Below are positions 22,946-32,279 of a stretch of DNA of 46,481 nt, piece by piece. The notes under the pieces were generated by a model that was not told the origin of the DNA, searched no databases, and worked only from the letters and a program-made list of their open reading frames with translations. Position 1 is the first letter of the stretch. Each line of letters begins with the position of its first letter. The stretch is from a virus. A program made the translations under genes and the position numbers. The stretch lies in the IMG/VR virus record IMGVR_UViG_3300045454_000008, positions 1-46,481 of that record; one strand, 5' to 3'.

Positions 22946-23914
22946 GTGGCTAACGAGTACACGTCGATCGCCACGCAGCCGGGGATCGCAACCGAGCTGG
23001 TGCAGGACGTTTGGGACACGGCTGTCAAGTGGGCGCTCCGCGAGCTGCCCACCTGCCGCCAGTTCGTGGACGTGCGCCCGCAGGCCCCGATGTCGCGTGG
23101 CTCCAGCATCACGCTGGAGAAGGCCAACTGGTTCTCCGACGCGGTGATCTCCGCGATGAAGACGCCGCTGTCCGAGGAGCTGGACGTTGACTCCACCAAG
23201 CTTCCTCAGCCGTCCAAGGTCACCATCACGCCGAACGAGTACGGCGGCGCGGTCACCCAGACGCGGAAGCTGTCGGAGCGGACGTTTGCGCCCGTGGACC
23301 CGATCGCGGCGCAGAACATCGCTGACGCGATGAACCGCGTCATCGACTCGCTGGTGCAGGACACCGTGATCGCCGGCACGTCCGCCGTTCTCATCGGCGG
23401 CGGCGCGGGCATCAACGACGTGACCGGCACCGACGAGCTGACCGCCGCCGAGGTCCGCAAGGCGGTCACCCGCCTGCGCGCCGCGAAGGTGTCGGCCTGG
23501 TACGGCAACTTCTACGCGGGTGTCGTTCACCCGCACGTCGTCCTGGACCTCCGCGAGGAGACCGGTGCCGGCGGCTGGCGGGTGCCGAACGAGTACGGCG
23601 CCTCGCAGGAGCGCATCTGGAACGGGGAGGTTGGCGAGTTCGAGGGCGTCCGGTTCGTGCAGAACGCGCTGGTCCGCACCGAGATGAACACCGCCACCAC
23701 GCCGAACCGCGTCTACCACAACTACATCCTCGGTCGGGGCGCCCTGGCCGAGCAGGTGTTCGTGGAGCCGCACGTCGTCGTGTCGCCCGTCACCGACAAG
23801 CTGGGTCGTTTCCACACGATCGGGTGGCACGGCGACCTGGGCTTCGCGGTGTACGAGACGAAGGCTGTGCAGCGCCTCGTGTCCGGCTCCTCGCTGGGCG
23901 GCGACGCTCTCTGA
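22946..23914 (+). CDS. Major capsid protein (HK97-fold type inferred)
   Basis: GTG follows AAGGAAGG. 322 aa. Supported by its position after the scaffold gene and by the strong hairpin after its stop. Confidence 0.7.
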   Translation: MANEYTSIATQPGIATELVQDVWDTAVKWALRELPTCRQFVDVRPQAPMSRGSSITLEKANWFSDAVISAMKTPLSEELDVDSTKLPQPSKVTITPNEYGGAVTQTRKLSERTFAPVDPIAAQNIADAMNRVIDSLVQDTVIAGTSAVLIGGGAGINDVTGTDELTAAEVRKAVTRLRAAKVSAWYGNFYAGVVHPHVVLDLREETGAGGWRVPNEYGASQERIWNGEVGEFEGVRFVQNALVRTEMNTATTPNRVYHNYILGRGALAEQVFVEPHVVVSPVTDKLGRFHTIGWHGDLGFAVYETKAVQRLVSGSSLGGDAL

Positions 23915-23922
23915 GCCTGAAC

Positions 23923-23962
23923 GGCTGGCCCCCGTGTTGCTGTTTCGACACGGGGGCCAGCC
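23923..23962 (+). terminator. 15-bp perfect-stem hairpin after the capsid gene
   Basis: GGCTGGCCCCCGTGT-TGCTGTTTCG-ACACGGGGGCCAGCC. No strong U-tract follows. The loop side carries the motif variant GTGTTGCTGTTTC (23934-23946). Confidence 0.55.
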
Positions 23963-23987
23963 CCCTTCGATCCGCCTGGGAGGCGTG

Positions 23988-24287
23988 ATGCGTTTGTTCG
24001 TTCCGCCCGGGCGGGTTGAGCGCGTGCAGTCGGGCCACCCGCTGTTTGGTCGCATGACGATCAAGCGGGGGGTGACCTTGCTGAAGGAGGGCGGGATCTA
24101 CCGACAGGTGGAGCACCCGTCGGCGGAGGAGATGGCCGCCGCCGAGGCGGCCTACATCGGCGGGCATGTGTACGTCGTGTCCATCGAGGAGGCGGCAGCA
24201 CTCTCCACCGCCGGCTACGGCGACTGGGTGCGGGATTACGGATACGGCTCCGGTTTGTACGGGGATGACACCTACGGGGGTGAATGA
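23988..24287 (+). CDS. Hypothetical head/neck protein
   Basis: ATG 23988 follows GGGAGG. 99 aa. The longer track ORF (23934) would start inside the hairpin. Confidence 0.6.
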   Translation: MRLFVPPGRVERVQSGHPLFGRMTIKRGVTLLKEGGIYRQVEHPSAEEMAAAEAAYIGGHVYVVSIEEAAALSTAGYGDWVRDYGYGSGLYGDDTYGGE

Positions 24288-26111
24288 GTGACCACCGACT
24301 ACCCGATCATCGGGGCCGACGCAGACCAGTGGGGCGCCAAGCTCAACGACGTGCTGGCGCGCATTGAGACGAAAGCGGACGACGCTTCGACGGCGGCGGT
24401 GGCTGCCGGGAACAGCGCGTCGATGGCCCTTGCTACCCCGCGCACGGCTGCCGCTGAGGCGCAGGCTGCGCGGGATGAGGCTGTCGCCGCCGCTGCTGCC
24501 GCGTCCGCCACCTCCGACGCGGCTTTGGCGTCCGCCGTGGTGGCCGCCGGCTCGCAGACGGCGACAGCACTAAACGCCACCTACGCGCGGGGCCGTGAGA
24601 TCAATGCGGTAGCGCTCGCCCTGCCGGGGTCGAAGAAGACAGGGAACGTCCGGGTCGGCGCGAAGCGAGTCACCCTCGCCAGCACGGGGCACAACGGCTT
24701 CCCGGGGTTCGCCCCGCTGTCCGACGGCGGCCTTATCGCGGTGTGGCGGTCCGCCCCGCAGCACGACCCCACGCCGACGCCCGGGGTCATCAAGGCGCGC
24801 ACGTTCGACACGGACGGCACCCCCCGCGGCGACGAGTACACGGTGCTGACCGACGCCCTGGACCTGCGTGACCCGATGCTCACCCGCCTGGACGACGGGC
24901 GCCTCGTGATGCAGTTCTTCAAGCACGACGGGACCGCGACCACCACCGCCGGAGTGTTCCTCGCCGTGTCCACGGACGACGGGGCCACGTTCACGCAGCT
25001 CTCAAAGGTCCCGTTCACCTGGGACTCCCTCGCGGCTTCCTCCGGGCGGATGGTCGTCGCGCCGAACGGCGACTGGCTGGTCGCCGCCTACGGGCGCACG
25101 TCGGCCACGTTCAACCACATCCGGCTCATGCGGTCCACCGACGAGGGGCAGACGTGGACCGGCGAGGTCACGGTCGCGGAAGGTCAGGCCGAGTCCCGGA
25201 ACTACGTGGAGCCGGTCATCGGGGTCCTGCCCGACGGGCTGACCCTCATGTGCCTGATCCGCGTGGCCGACTCCGACGGGTCGAACCCTGCGATCTACCG
25301 CACCACGAGCACCGACAACGGGGCGACGTGGACCGCTGAGGCGTCCGTGGTGACCGGTGGCGGTGGGCGGCCAGCCTGGGAGTCGCTGGCCTCCGGCGGC
25401 GTCATCCTCGCGCACCGGGCCACGACCGCCCCGTACCCGATGCAGGTCCGCACGTCCTGGGACAACGGGGCAACGTGGACCAGCGCCGCACAGCTCGGAC
25501 CGACACCCAACAGCCAGGGCGCTTACGCGCAGATGGTCGAGATTGCACGCGGCCTCGTGGGCGTGGTCTACGGCATCGAGCAGGACGTACTGTCCGCTTC
25601 CACCGTCTACCTCGGATACATCGCGGACGGCCGCGGGGTTACGCCCCTGGGAGACGCCGACCCGGCCCTCGGGGTCATGTACAAGGGTGCGGCAGAGGCG
25701 GGCCTGGTCGGTGGCGCGCCGACGCTGGGGCAGCACATGGGCTGGCCCTCCTGGTCGATGTCCGCGACCGCGGCCGATCAGGTGGCGATGGTGTTCCAGA
25801 TCCCCGACGACTGGGCGACGTTCGACGTGTCGATCCAGTGGACGAACCTCACCAGCAACGCCGGGGACGTGTCATTCCGCCACGATATGGAGCAGATCAG
25901 CGCCGGCGGCACCCTCACCTCAGTGGCGGGCGCCTCACAGGTTGTCACGGCCGCCGGCAGGGGAGTCCTGGTCGAGACGGTGGCCACGACCGGCCTCTCG
26001 CGCACCGGGGATTACATCCGGGTGAAGCCGACTCGCATCGGTTCCGCGACGGCCGACACTCTCGCCGACGCCATCGGGATCATCGGCGTCCGCCTCACCC
26101 GGCGCACCTGA
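24288..26111 (+). CDS. Tail spike/fibre with BNR (Asp-box) beta-propeller, sialidase-like
   Basis: Four SxDxGxT(W/F) boxes: STDDGATFT, STDEGQTWT, STDNGATWT, SWDNGATWT. The N-terminus is Ala-rich and helical. Confidence 0.7.
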   Translation: MTTDYPIIGADADQWGAKLNDVLARIETKADDASTAAVAAGNSASMALATPRTAAAEAQAARDEAVAAAAAASATSDAALASAVVAAGSQTATALNATYARGREINAVALALPGSKKTGNVRVGAKRVTLASTGHNGFPGFAPLSDGGLIAVWRSAPQHDPTPTPGVIKARTFDTDGTPRGDEYTVLTDALDLRDPMLTRLDDGRLVMQFFKHDGTATTTAGVFLAVSTDDGATFTQLSKVPFTWDSLAASSGRMVVAPNGDWLVAAYGRTSATFNHIRLMRSTDEGQTWTGEVTVAEGQAESRNYVEPVIGVLPDGLTLMCLIRVADSDGSNPAIYRTTSTDNGATWTAEASVVTGGGGRPAWESLASGGVILAHRATTAPYPMQVRTSWDNGATWTSAAQLGPTPNSQGAYAQMVEIARGLVGVVYGIEQDVLSASTVYLGYIADGRGVTPLGDADPALGVMYKGAAEAGLVGGAPTLGQHMGWPSWSMSATAADQVAMVFQIPDDWATFDVSIQWTNLTSNAGDVSFRHDMEQISAGGTLTSVAGASQVVTAAGRGVLVETVATTGLSRTGDYIRVKPTRIGSATADTLADAIGIIGVRLTRRT

Positions 26112-26271
26112 CAGGACCACCGCCGAGGCCAGCGCTGACCCGCTGACCGGCACCACCAACGGCCCTCCTGCCACCAGGCACGGGGGCCGTTCCCATGCCA
26201 CCACCCACCGGAGCCCACCCACGGAAGGGGCAGTCCGTGACCATCACCACCCTGCGACCGGAAGGCGTCTG

Positions 26272-26436
26272 ATGGCCCGCTTCCCCGGTGCCACCTGGCG
26301 CCCGATCAACCCCGCGTTCTTGCCCGCCACGAACGGGCAGCAGCGCCGCAAGGCCCGCCACCCCCACACCGGAACCAACGGCAAGCCCGACGGGATCTGT
26401 GGGGCGAAGTCCTGGGCGCAGCTCCTCGGCCTCTAG
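26272..26436 (+). CDS. Unlisted 54-aa ORF (MARFPGATWRPINPAFLP...)
   Basis: ATG follows GGAAGG by 6 nt. 51 of 54 third positions are G/C. Below the ORF-track size cutoff. Confidence 0.45.
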   Translation: MARFPGATWRPINPAFLPATNGQQRRKARHPHTGTNGKPDGICGAKSWAQLLGL

Positions 26437-26467
26437 TCGCCCAACAGAACCGCAGGGGGTTCTCCTC

Positions 26468-26827
26468 ATGTCCGAGTCCATCGTCGCCAACGTCGTGGGG
26501 CCGCTGCTTGTCCTCCTGGTCGGGTGGTTCCTGAACAAGCGCATCGGGAAAGTGGCCGAGCACACCACCCAGACGCTGGATCAGGTGAAGAACTCCCACA
26601 ACACCAACCTGCGCAACGACATCGACGCGCTACACCAAGAAGTAAGGGAGTCCCGAGACGACTCCCGAAGCATCCATTCGGAACTGCGCGAGATGCGGAC
26701 GGACATCACGGGCCTGCGGCGCGACGACGCGGTGGCACGGACGGACCTGGACTCCCTGCGGCGACGGGTGCGCGCCAACGAGGAACTGATGCACGAGCAC
26801 CTGCGAGAGTCGGAGGGCGAGAAGTGA
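26468..26827 (+). CDS. Membrane-anchored coiled-coil protein
   Basis: Trimmed to ATG 26468. N-terminal TM segment VVGPLLVLLVGWFL, followed by a charged heptad-like region. Confidence 0.65.
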   Translation: MSESIVANVVGPLLVLLVGWFLNKRIGKVAEHTTQTLDQVKNSHNTNLRNDIDALHQEVRESRDDSRSIHSELREMRTDITGLRRDDAVARTDLDSLRRRVRANEELMHEHLRESEGEK

Positions 26828-27066
26828 GCGGCGAGAACTGCACCAGCGGGTGCGCCAGTCGGGACCACGAGAGTTGGGGCGACTGCGTGAGGGCGAAGAA
26901 CTTCAAGCCCATGTGGCTGGGCGGCACAGGCCCCTCCTACGGGGACCAGAAGAAGTTCGCCAACGACACGGCGGTGTACCGCCAGGCCGTGCGGGACGGG
27001 GCCTCCCTGTCCACCGCCATCAACGAGGGTGTTGACGTTGCGTATCGGAAGGCGGGGCTGGCATGA
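26824..27066 (+). CDS. Hypothetical protein
   Basis: GTG 26824 (GTGA overlap). 80 aa. Confidence 0.6.
   Translation: MSGENCTSGCASRDHESWGDCVRAKNFKPMWLGGTGPSYGDQKKFANDTAVYRQAVRDGASLSTAINEGVDVAYRKAGLA
27029..27041 (+). promoter_or_regulatory. 13-bp motif copy GTGTTGACGTTGC (encodes G-V-D-V-A)
   Basis: Lies 22 nt upstream of ATG 27063. Confidence 0.55.
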
Positions 27067-27977
27067 CGACGCTCGGTCAGCTCATCGCCCACACCCGCCA
27101 CGCCCTGTCCGGGTTCGGCAACGCACAGGACGCCGTGTCGGCGCTCTCGGCGCCGCTGGATGCAACCTCCACCACCGTCAGCGTGGATGACGCGCGTGCT
27201 GTCGGTGGCTCCCCGATCGCGGCACGCGGCACCGCCGAGGTGGACTTCGAGGTGCTGCGGGTCAAGTCGATCGACCCCGTGGACGGCACGATCACCCTGT
27301 TCCCGTTCGGGCGGGGCTACAACGGCACGACCGCCGTCGCGCACGCGACGGGCACGGAGATCCGGTTCAACCCCGCCTGGCCCGCGTCCACGGTGGCGCA
27401 GCACATCAACGGCGTGCTGACGGAGATATACCCGTCGGTGTACGCGGTGAAGGCGCACGAGACGGTGTTCCCGTCCGACCGTGGCGCGATCGACCTGCCC
27501 GGTGACGCCGTGTCCGTCCTGGCCGTGTACGTGGAGGACGAGCAGCGTGCGGACCAGTGGGTCCGCGAGGACCGCTGGGACTTCAAGAAGGACTCCTCCA
27601 CCATCGGCAAGGGCCTGCGGGTGGGCGGTCACCGCCGCCCCGGCCTGGCGCTGCGCGTCATGTACAAGGCCCGGCCGGTCCGGTTCGACCTGAGCGGTGC
27701 ACTCACCCAGGACTTTGCCGCCGTCACGGGTTTGACGGAGCGCTGTGCCGACCTGATTCAGATCGGCGTTGCTGCACGCATGGCCCCCTTCATCGACGTG
27801 TCCAAGCTGCCCCACCTGGGCGTAGCGCCGCGCGACTCGGAGGGTAGCGCGCCCGGCGTGGGCGCCACCCAGGCACGACTCCTCTACTCGCTGTTCCAGC
27901 AGCGCATCGACCAGGAAGCGGCTGTGCTCGCCCAGGAGCACCCGATCCGACTGCACAGGACTGGGGTGAGCATCTGA
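27063..27977 (+). CDS. Tail/baseplate-region structural protein
   Basis: 304-aa ORF with an ATGA-coupled start. The call is by position only. Confidence 0.6.
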   Translation: MTTLGQLIAHTRHALSGFGNAQDAVSALSAPLDATSTTVSVDDARAVGGSPIAARGTAEVDFEVLRVKSIDPVDGTITLFPFGRGYNGTTAVAHATGTEIRFNPAWPASTVAQHINGVLTEIYPSVYAVKAHETVFPSDRGAIDLPGDAVSVLAVYVEDEQRADQWVREDRWDFKKDSSTIGKGLRVGGHRRPGLALRVMYKARPVRFDLSGALTQDFAAVTGLTERCADLIQIGVAARMAPFIDVSKLPHLGVAPRDSEGSAPGVGATQARLLYSLFQQRIDQEAAVLAQEHPIRLHRTGVSI

Positions 27978-29056
27978 TGCCGCAGCGTTACTACTCCTCC
28001 ACTGCCGGAGAGATGGCCCTGACGACCGGCGTGGACAGCGTGAACACATCCATCGCCGTAGACACGGTGGCGGGCCTGCCCGCAAGCACCCCGTTCACCC
28101 TGGTGCTGGACAGGGACACCGCCTCCGAGGAGGTCGTGACGGTCACCGCCGTGGCCGGGACCACCCTCACGGTGGTCCGTGGCGAAGACGGCACCCCAGC
28201 GGTGGCGCACACGACCGGCGCGACCGTCCGGCACATGGTGACCGCCCGTGACCTGCGCGAGCCGCAGCAGCACCTCGACGCGACCACCGACGTGCACGGC
28301 ATCGGGTCGTCCAGCGAGGTGGTCGGCACGACTACGACACAGACGCTGACCAACAAGACACTGACCGAGCCGGTTGTGGACGCGCCGACCATCAACACCC
28401 CCCCGGCAAATGTCGCGAACCCGGCCGGCGCCATCCAGATGTTCGCCGGGGCAGCCGCCCCCGGCGGGTGGCTCCTGTGTGACGGGTCCCTGGTGTCCCG
28501 CACCACGTACTCTGGGCTGTTCGCCGCCATCGGCACCGTCTATGGCGCAGGCGACGGCAGCACGACGTTCGCCCTGCCCAACCTGAAGGGGCGCGTGCCC
28601 GTGGGTCGCGACTCCGCCCAGGCGGAGTTCGGCGAGCTCGGCGCGGCCGGCGGTGCGAAGACGCACACGCTGACCGTTGCCGAGATGCCGTCGCACACTC
28701 ACGTTCAGGACGCGCACAACCACACCCAGAACGCCCACACGCACACGCAGAACGCGCACGGCCACGGCGTCACCGATCCGGGCCACACGCACCGCCAGGT
28801 TGTCACGGCGCCCTCTGCCGCCGGCACCTCCGAGCGGCGCGACTTCGCGTCCGACGGCCCCGGCGCCGAGTACGAGCAGGGTGCCAACACGGTTCGCGGC
28901 TACACCGGCATCACCGTCGGCAGCGCCACCGCGACCAACCAGGACACGACGGCGACGAATAACCCCGCGACCGCCACCAACCAGAACACGGGGGGCGGAG
29001 GGGCGCACAACAACCTCCAGCCCTACGTGGTTGTCAACTACATCATCAAGACCTGA
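27977..29056 (+). CDS. Tail fibre with phage tail-collar domain and HxH repeat region
   Basis: GAIQMFAGAAAPGGWLLCDGSLVSRTTYSGLFAAIGTVYGAGDGSTTFALPNLKGRVPVG (tail-collar pattern), then HTHVQDAHNHTQNAHTHTQNAHGHGVTDPGHTH. Confidence 0.8.
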   Translation: MPQRYYSSTAGEMALTTGVDSVNTSIAVDTVAGLPASTPFTLVLDRDTASEEVVTVTAVAGTTLTVVRGEDGTPAVAHTTGATVRHMVTARDLREPQQHLDATTDVHGIGSSSEVVGTTTTQTLTNKTLTEPVVDAPTINTPPANVANPAGAIQMFAGAAAPGGWLLCDGSLVSRTTYSGLFAAIGTVYGAGDGSTTFALPNLKGRVPVGRDSAQAEFGELGAAGGAKTHTLTVAEMPSHTHVQDAHNHTQNAHTHTQNAHGHGVTDPGHTHRQVVTAPSAAGTSERRDFASDGPGAEYEQGANTVRGYTGITVGSATATNQDTTATNNPATATNQNTGGGGAHNNLQPYVVVNYIIKT

Positions 29057-29069
29057 CAGGGGGGGGCTC

Positions 29070-29975
29070 ATGGCGGACGAGAACGGTCACCTCGATACTG
29101 CGGAACTAGCAGTCATCCCGGGCGGGACGAAGATGGGCGGCGACGCCCTGATCCGGCGGGATCTTCTGCCCGGTGTCGTCGCGTTGCAGGCCGCCTTCCA
29201 GAGGCGCTTCGGGGCGCCCCTGCGACCCACGTCGGCGGGTGACGGTTACCGGTCCTACCAGCGGCAGGTGAACGCCTTCTTGGGCCGGTATGCGCCGCAG
29301 AGGACCGGCATGGGTCCGTTCTACGACGTGCGCTGGTGGAGGGGCGTTCGCTACGTGCGCGTGTCCGGCGCGTCCGCCGCTGTGCCCGGCACCTCCAACC
29401 ACGGGTGGGGTGTCGCCGTCGACTTCGCCGACGTGGGCGCATCCGGCGGCGAGCGGTGGCGATGGCTCATGGACGCCGCGCCCCGCTTCGGGTTCGTGAA
29501 CCCCTTGTGGGCGCGTGACGGCGACCCGACGAACGGCTCGCAGGAGCCGTGGCATTGGGAGGGGCGCGCGGTCCCCGTGTCCAACTACCGCGCATTCCTG
29601 GCCGGGATGGGCGTCACCGTCCCCGACCTGGACCGCCCTGCACCCATCACCCCGAAGCCTCGGAGGCGTCACATGCTCATCCTCAAGGACGCGAACGGCC
29701 CCGCCCACTACGTCGCGACCGACCTCGCCGTCACCCCCATCGGAGACGCCGCCCGCCTCACGTCGCTGCTCAAGGTCTACGGCCCCGTCGTCGAGCTCGA
29801 CGCCGCGCAGATCACCCACCTCCAGCAGCAGGCCGGGGGGAACCTGCACACCGTCGTCAGCGCGACCACCGCGGCCGTCGCGAAGGTCACCAGCAGTGGC
29901 GGCACCGACCTCACCCCCGAGCAGGTCGGCGGGATCGTGCGTGACGCGATCCGCGACGTCCTGCGATCCGTCTGA
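29070..29975 (+). CDS. Endolysin, M15 (VanY-like) peptidase with C-terminal domain
   Basis: ATG 29070. GDGYRSYQRQ...PGTSNHGWGVAVDF...QEPWHWE. The catalytic domain is paralogous to the one in 19212-20267. Confidence 0.7.
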   Translation: MADENGHLDTAELAVIPGGTKMGGDALIRRDLLPGVVALQAAFQRRFGAPLRPTSAGDGYRSYQRQVNAFLGRYAPQRTGMGPFYDVRWWRGVRYVRVSGASAAVPGTSNHGWGVAVDFADVGASGGERWRWLMDAAPRFGFVNPLWARDGDPTNGSQEPWHWEGRAVPVSNYRAFLAGMGVTVPDLDRPAPITPKPRRRHMLILKDANGPAHYVATDLAVTPIGDAARLTSLLKVYGPVVELDAAQITHLQQQAGGNLHTVVSATTAAVAKVTSSGGTDLTPEQVGGIVRDAIRDVLRSV

Positions 29976-29994
29976 CTGACAAGAGGGAGGGCCA

Positions 29995-31875
29995 GTGAGC
30001 GCCACGCCTGACATCACCGAGGCCCTGCCGCTGTCCGTGAGCGGTGGCGGCGCCCTCGTCGCCATCGGGGACCCGTCGGCATGGGATGTGACATTCGGGT
30101 CCATCGGTTTCAACCTGAAGCCGTCGCCGCAGGCCCCGTACCAGCGCGGCAGCGAGCAGGTCCGCAAGCAGCAGATCGACACTTCCGACTCGGCCGGCGA
30201 GCAGTCCCTGTCCTCGTGGTGGACCCGTTCGCAGGACTCCTGGGACATGGGCGCGGGGGTCCGCTGGTACGAGCCGGGCGCCGAGGCGGAGACGGTGCAC
30301 CGCTTCCGCGACTGCCAGGGCATCGACGTGTGGACCCCGGGTGAGCTGTCCCTGCTGCGTGACGTGGACCTGTCGTCCACACACGCCGAGGACGTGTTCG
30401 TGTGCGGCCTCGCGGTCGCAGGGGTGAGCGGGTTCGTCCGCGCCCACGGCAGCAAGGTTGACTGGGTGCCCGAAGGCGGGACCGTGGTGTCCGGAACTCT
30501 GCCCGGTGTCGGCGCCACGCAGCCTGCCGCTGCGGGCGGCACGGTGTGGGTGGGCCACAACGGCGGCGTGTCCAAGTTTGACGCCGCCACGGGGACCGTG
30601 ACCACGCCCTACACCTGCACAGGCGTCGCTCGCGTGTGGTGGGTGAAGGCCCGGCTCATCTGCGCCATCGCCAACCGCCTGTACGAGCTGACCCCTGGCG
30701 GGTCAGGCGTCATCGAGACGCTGCACCCGACCCCGCTCTACGAGCACCCGGACGCTGGGTGGGTGTGGACCGACGTGGCCGAGACCGGCGCGGCGATCCT
30801 CGCCGCAGGCTATGCGGACAACGACTCGGCGGTGTTCCGGTTCACCCTGGAGCAGGACAGCGGTGGCCAGCTGGTGCTGTCCGGCGGGTCGCAGGTGGCG
30901 AAGATGCCACCGACGGAGCGGGTCACCTGCATGGGCAACTACCTCGGCTCCTACATCGTCCTCGGTACGAGCGTGGGTGTGCGCGTCGGCTTCGCCGCCG
31001 ACGACGGCCTGGTGCAGTACGGGCCGCTGACGGTGGAGCTGGACACTGCCGCGACGGACGTGACGTTCCGCGACCGCTTCGCCTACCTCTCCGTGACCAA
31101 CGCCCTGCCTGATGGCACGTCGGGCGCCGTGCGGATCGACCTGTCCGCCCCGGTGGGAGAGTCGGGCCGGTTCGCCTGGGCGTGGGACGCTTCCGCGAAG
31201 ACGGTCGGGGAGTCCACGTCCATCGCCCTGGTGGGCGACCGCGTGGTGGTCGCCGCCGACCGGAAGGTGTTCGTCCAGTCCGCCACGCAGTACGTGGCGT
31301 CGGGCTGGCTGGACACGGGCGGAATCAGGTTCCGCACCGTGGAGCCGAAGGCGTTTCGCCTGGCCCGCCTCGTGTGCCTGCTCAATGGCGGTCGGGTGGC
31401 CCTGACCTCCGTCACCCCCAGCGGGGCAGAGAACCGCGTGGTGGAGTTCGCCCCGTCCTTCCAGACGGAGGCGGACGTGGCGATCCAGGCACCGGGCACG
31501 GTGCACCAGTACCTGTCCTTCCGCATCACCCTCACGCCATCTGACGCCGGTCAGTCACCCGTGGTCTCCGGCCTGGTCATCAAGGCCGTGCCGGCCGCGT
31601 CGCGCGTGCGCCTGTTCCAGTACCCGCTGTCCTGCTTCGACTTCGAGGAGGACCGCTACGGGAACCGGTTCGGGGATGTGGGCTACTCCTACCTGCGCCT
31701 GAAGGCGCTGGAAGACCTGGAGGAGACCGGTCGCCCGGTGCGCGTGGCGGACAACCGCACAGGTGAGGTGTTCACCGGTCAGATCGAGACGGTGGACTTC
31801 AGGGTCGAGTCAGCCCCCGACGGCCCTCACGCCAACTACGGGGGCGTGGCCCTGGTGGTGGTGAGGCGGCTATGA
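29995..31875 (+). CDS. Large tail structural protein
   Basis: GTG follows AGAGGGAGG. 626 aa. The call is by position and size only. Confidence 0.6.
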   Translation: MSATPDITEALPLSVSGGGALVAIGDPSAWDVTFGSIGFNLKPSPQAPYQRGSEQVRKQQIDTSDSAGEQSLSSWWTRSQDSWDMGAGVRWYEPGAEAETVHRFRDCQGIDVWTPGELSLLRDVDLSSTHAEDVFVCGLAVAGVSGFVRAHGSKVDWVPEGGTVVSGTLPGVGATQPAAAGGTVWVGHNGGVSKFDAATGTVTTPYTCTGVARVWWVKARLICAIANRLYELTPGGSGVIETLHPTPLYEHPDAGWVWTDVAETGAAILAAGYADNDSAVFRFTLEQDSGGQLVLSGGSQVAKMPPTERVTCMGNYLGSYIVLGTSVGVRVGFAADDGLVQYGPLTVELDTAATDVTFRDRFAYLSVTNALPDGTSGAVRIDLSAPVGESGRFAWAWDASAKTVGESTSIALVGDRVVVAADRKVFVQSATQYVASGWLDTGGIRFRTVEPKAFRLARLVCLLNGGRVALTSVTPSGAENRVVEFAPSFQTEADVAIQAPGTVHQYLSFRITLTPSDAGQSPVVSGLVIKAVPAASRVRLFQYPLSCFDFEEDRYGNRFGDVGYSYLRLKALEDLEETGRPVRVADNRTGEVFTGQIETVDFRVESAPDGPHANYGGVALVVVRRL

Positions 31876-32279
31876 ACGCACCGACGTGGTGGCACCGTCC
31901 GATCGTTGACGGCGACAAGGGCAGGGACGTGGCGATCGTCCAGCGCAAGCTGGGCCTGCTGCCGACGGGCACCGCTGACGCGGTGCTGTCGATCACGGTT
32001 CGCGGATACCAGAAGGGTGTCGGCGTCTCGCAGACGGGCGTCGTGGACGAGGCGACCGCCTGCGCCCTGGGTGAGCAGGAGGGCTTCGGCCTGCTGCCGG
32101 CCTGGTGGACGGAGCCGGTGTACCCGGAGTCCGAGGAGTACCTGCACGCCCTGCGACTGCTGGGCGCGACCGACGTGGCCGGGGTGAAGCGGTTCCAGGG
32201 GAACCACCACATCCCGCCAACCGGAGTGATCGACGAGACGACCGCCCGCCTCCTGGCGGGCTTGGAGGTGGACTGGTGA
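31872..32279 (+). CDS. Protein made of two peptidoglycan-binding repeats (no catalytic domain seen)
   Basis: GDKGRDVAIVQRKLGLLPTGTAD...GYQKGVGVSQTGVVDEATACAL and VAGVKRFQGNHHIPPTGVIDETTARLL. Confidence 0.6.
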   Translation: MNAPTWWHRPIVDGDKGRDVAIVQRKLGLLPTGTADAVLSITVRGYQKGVGVSQTGVVDEATACALGEQEGFGLLPAWWTEPVYPESEEYLHALRLLGATDVAGVKRFQGNHHIPPTGVIDETTARLLAGLEVDW

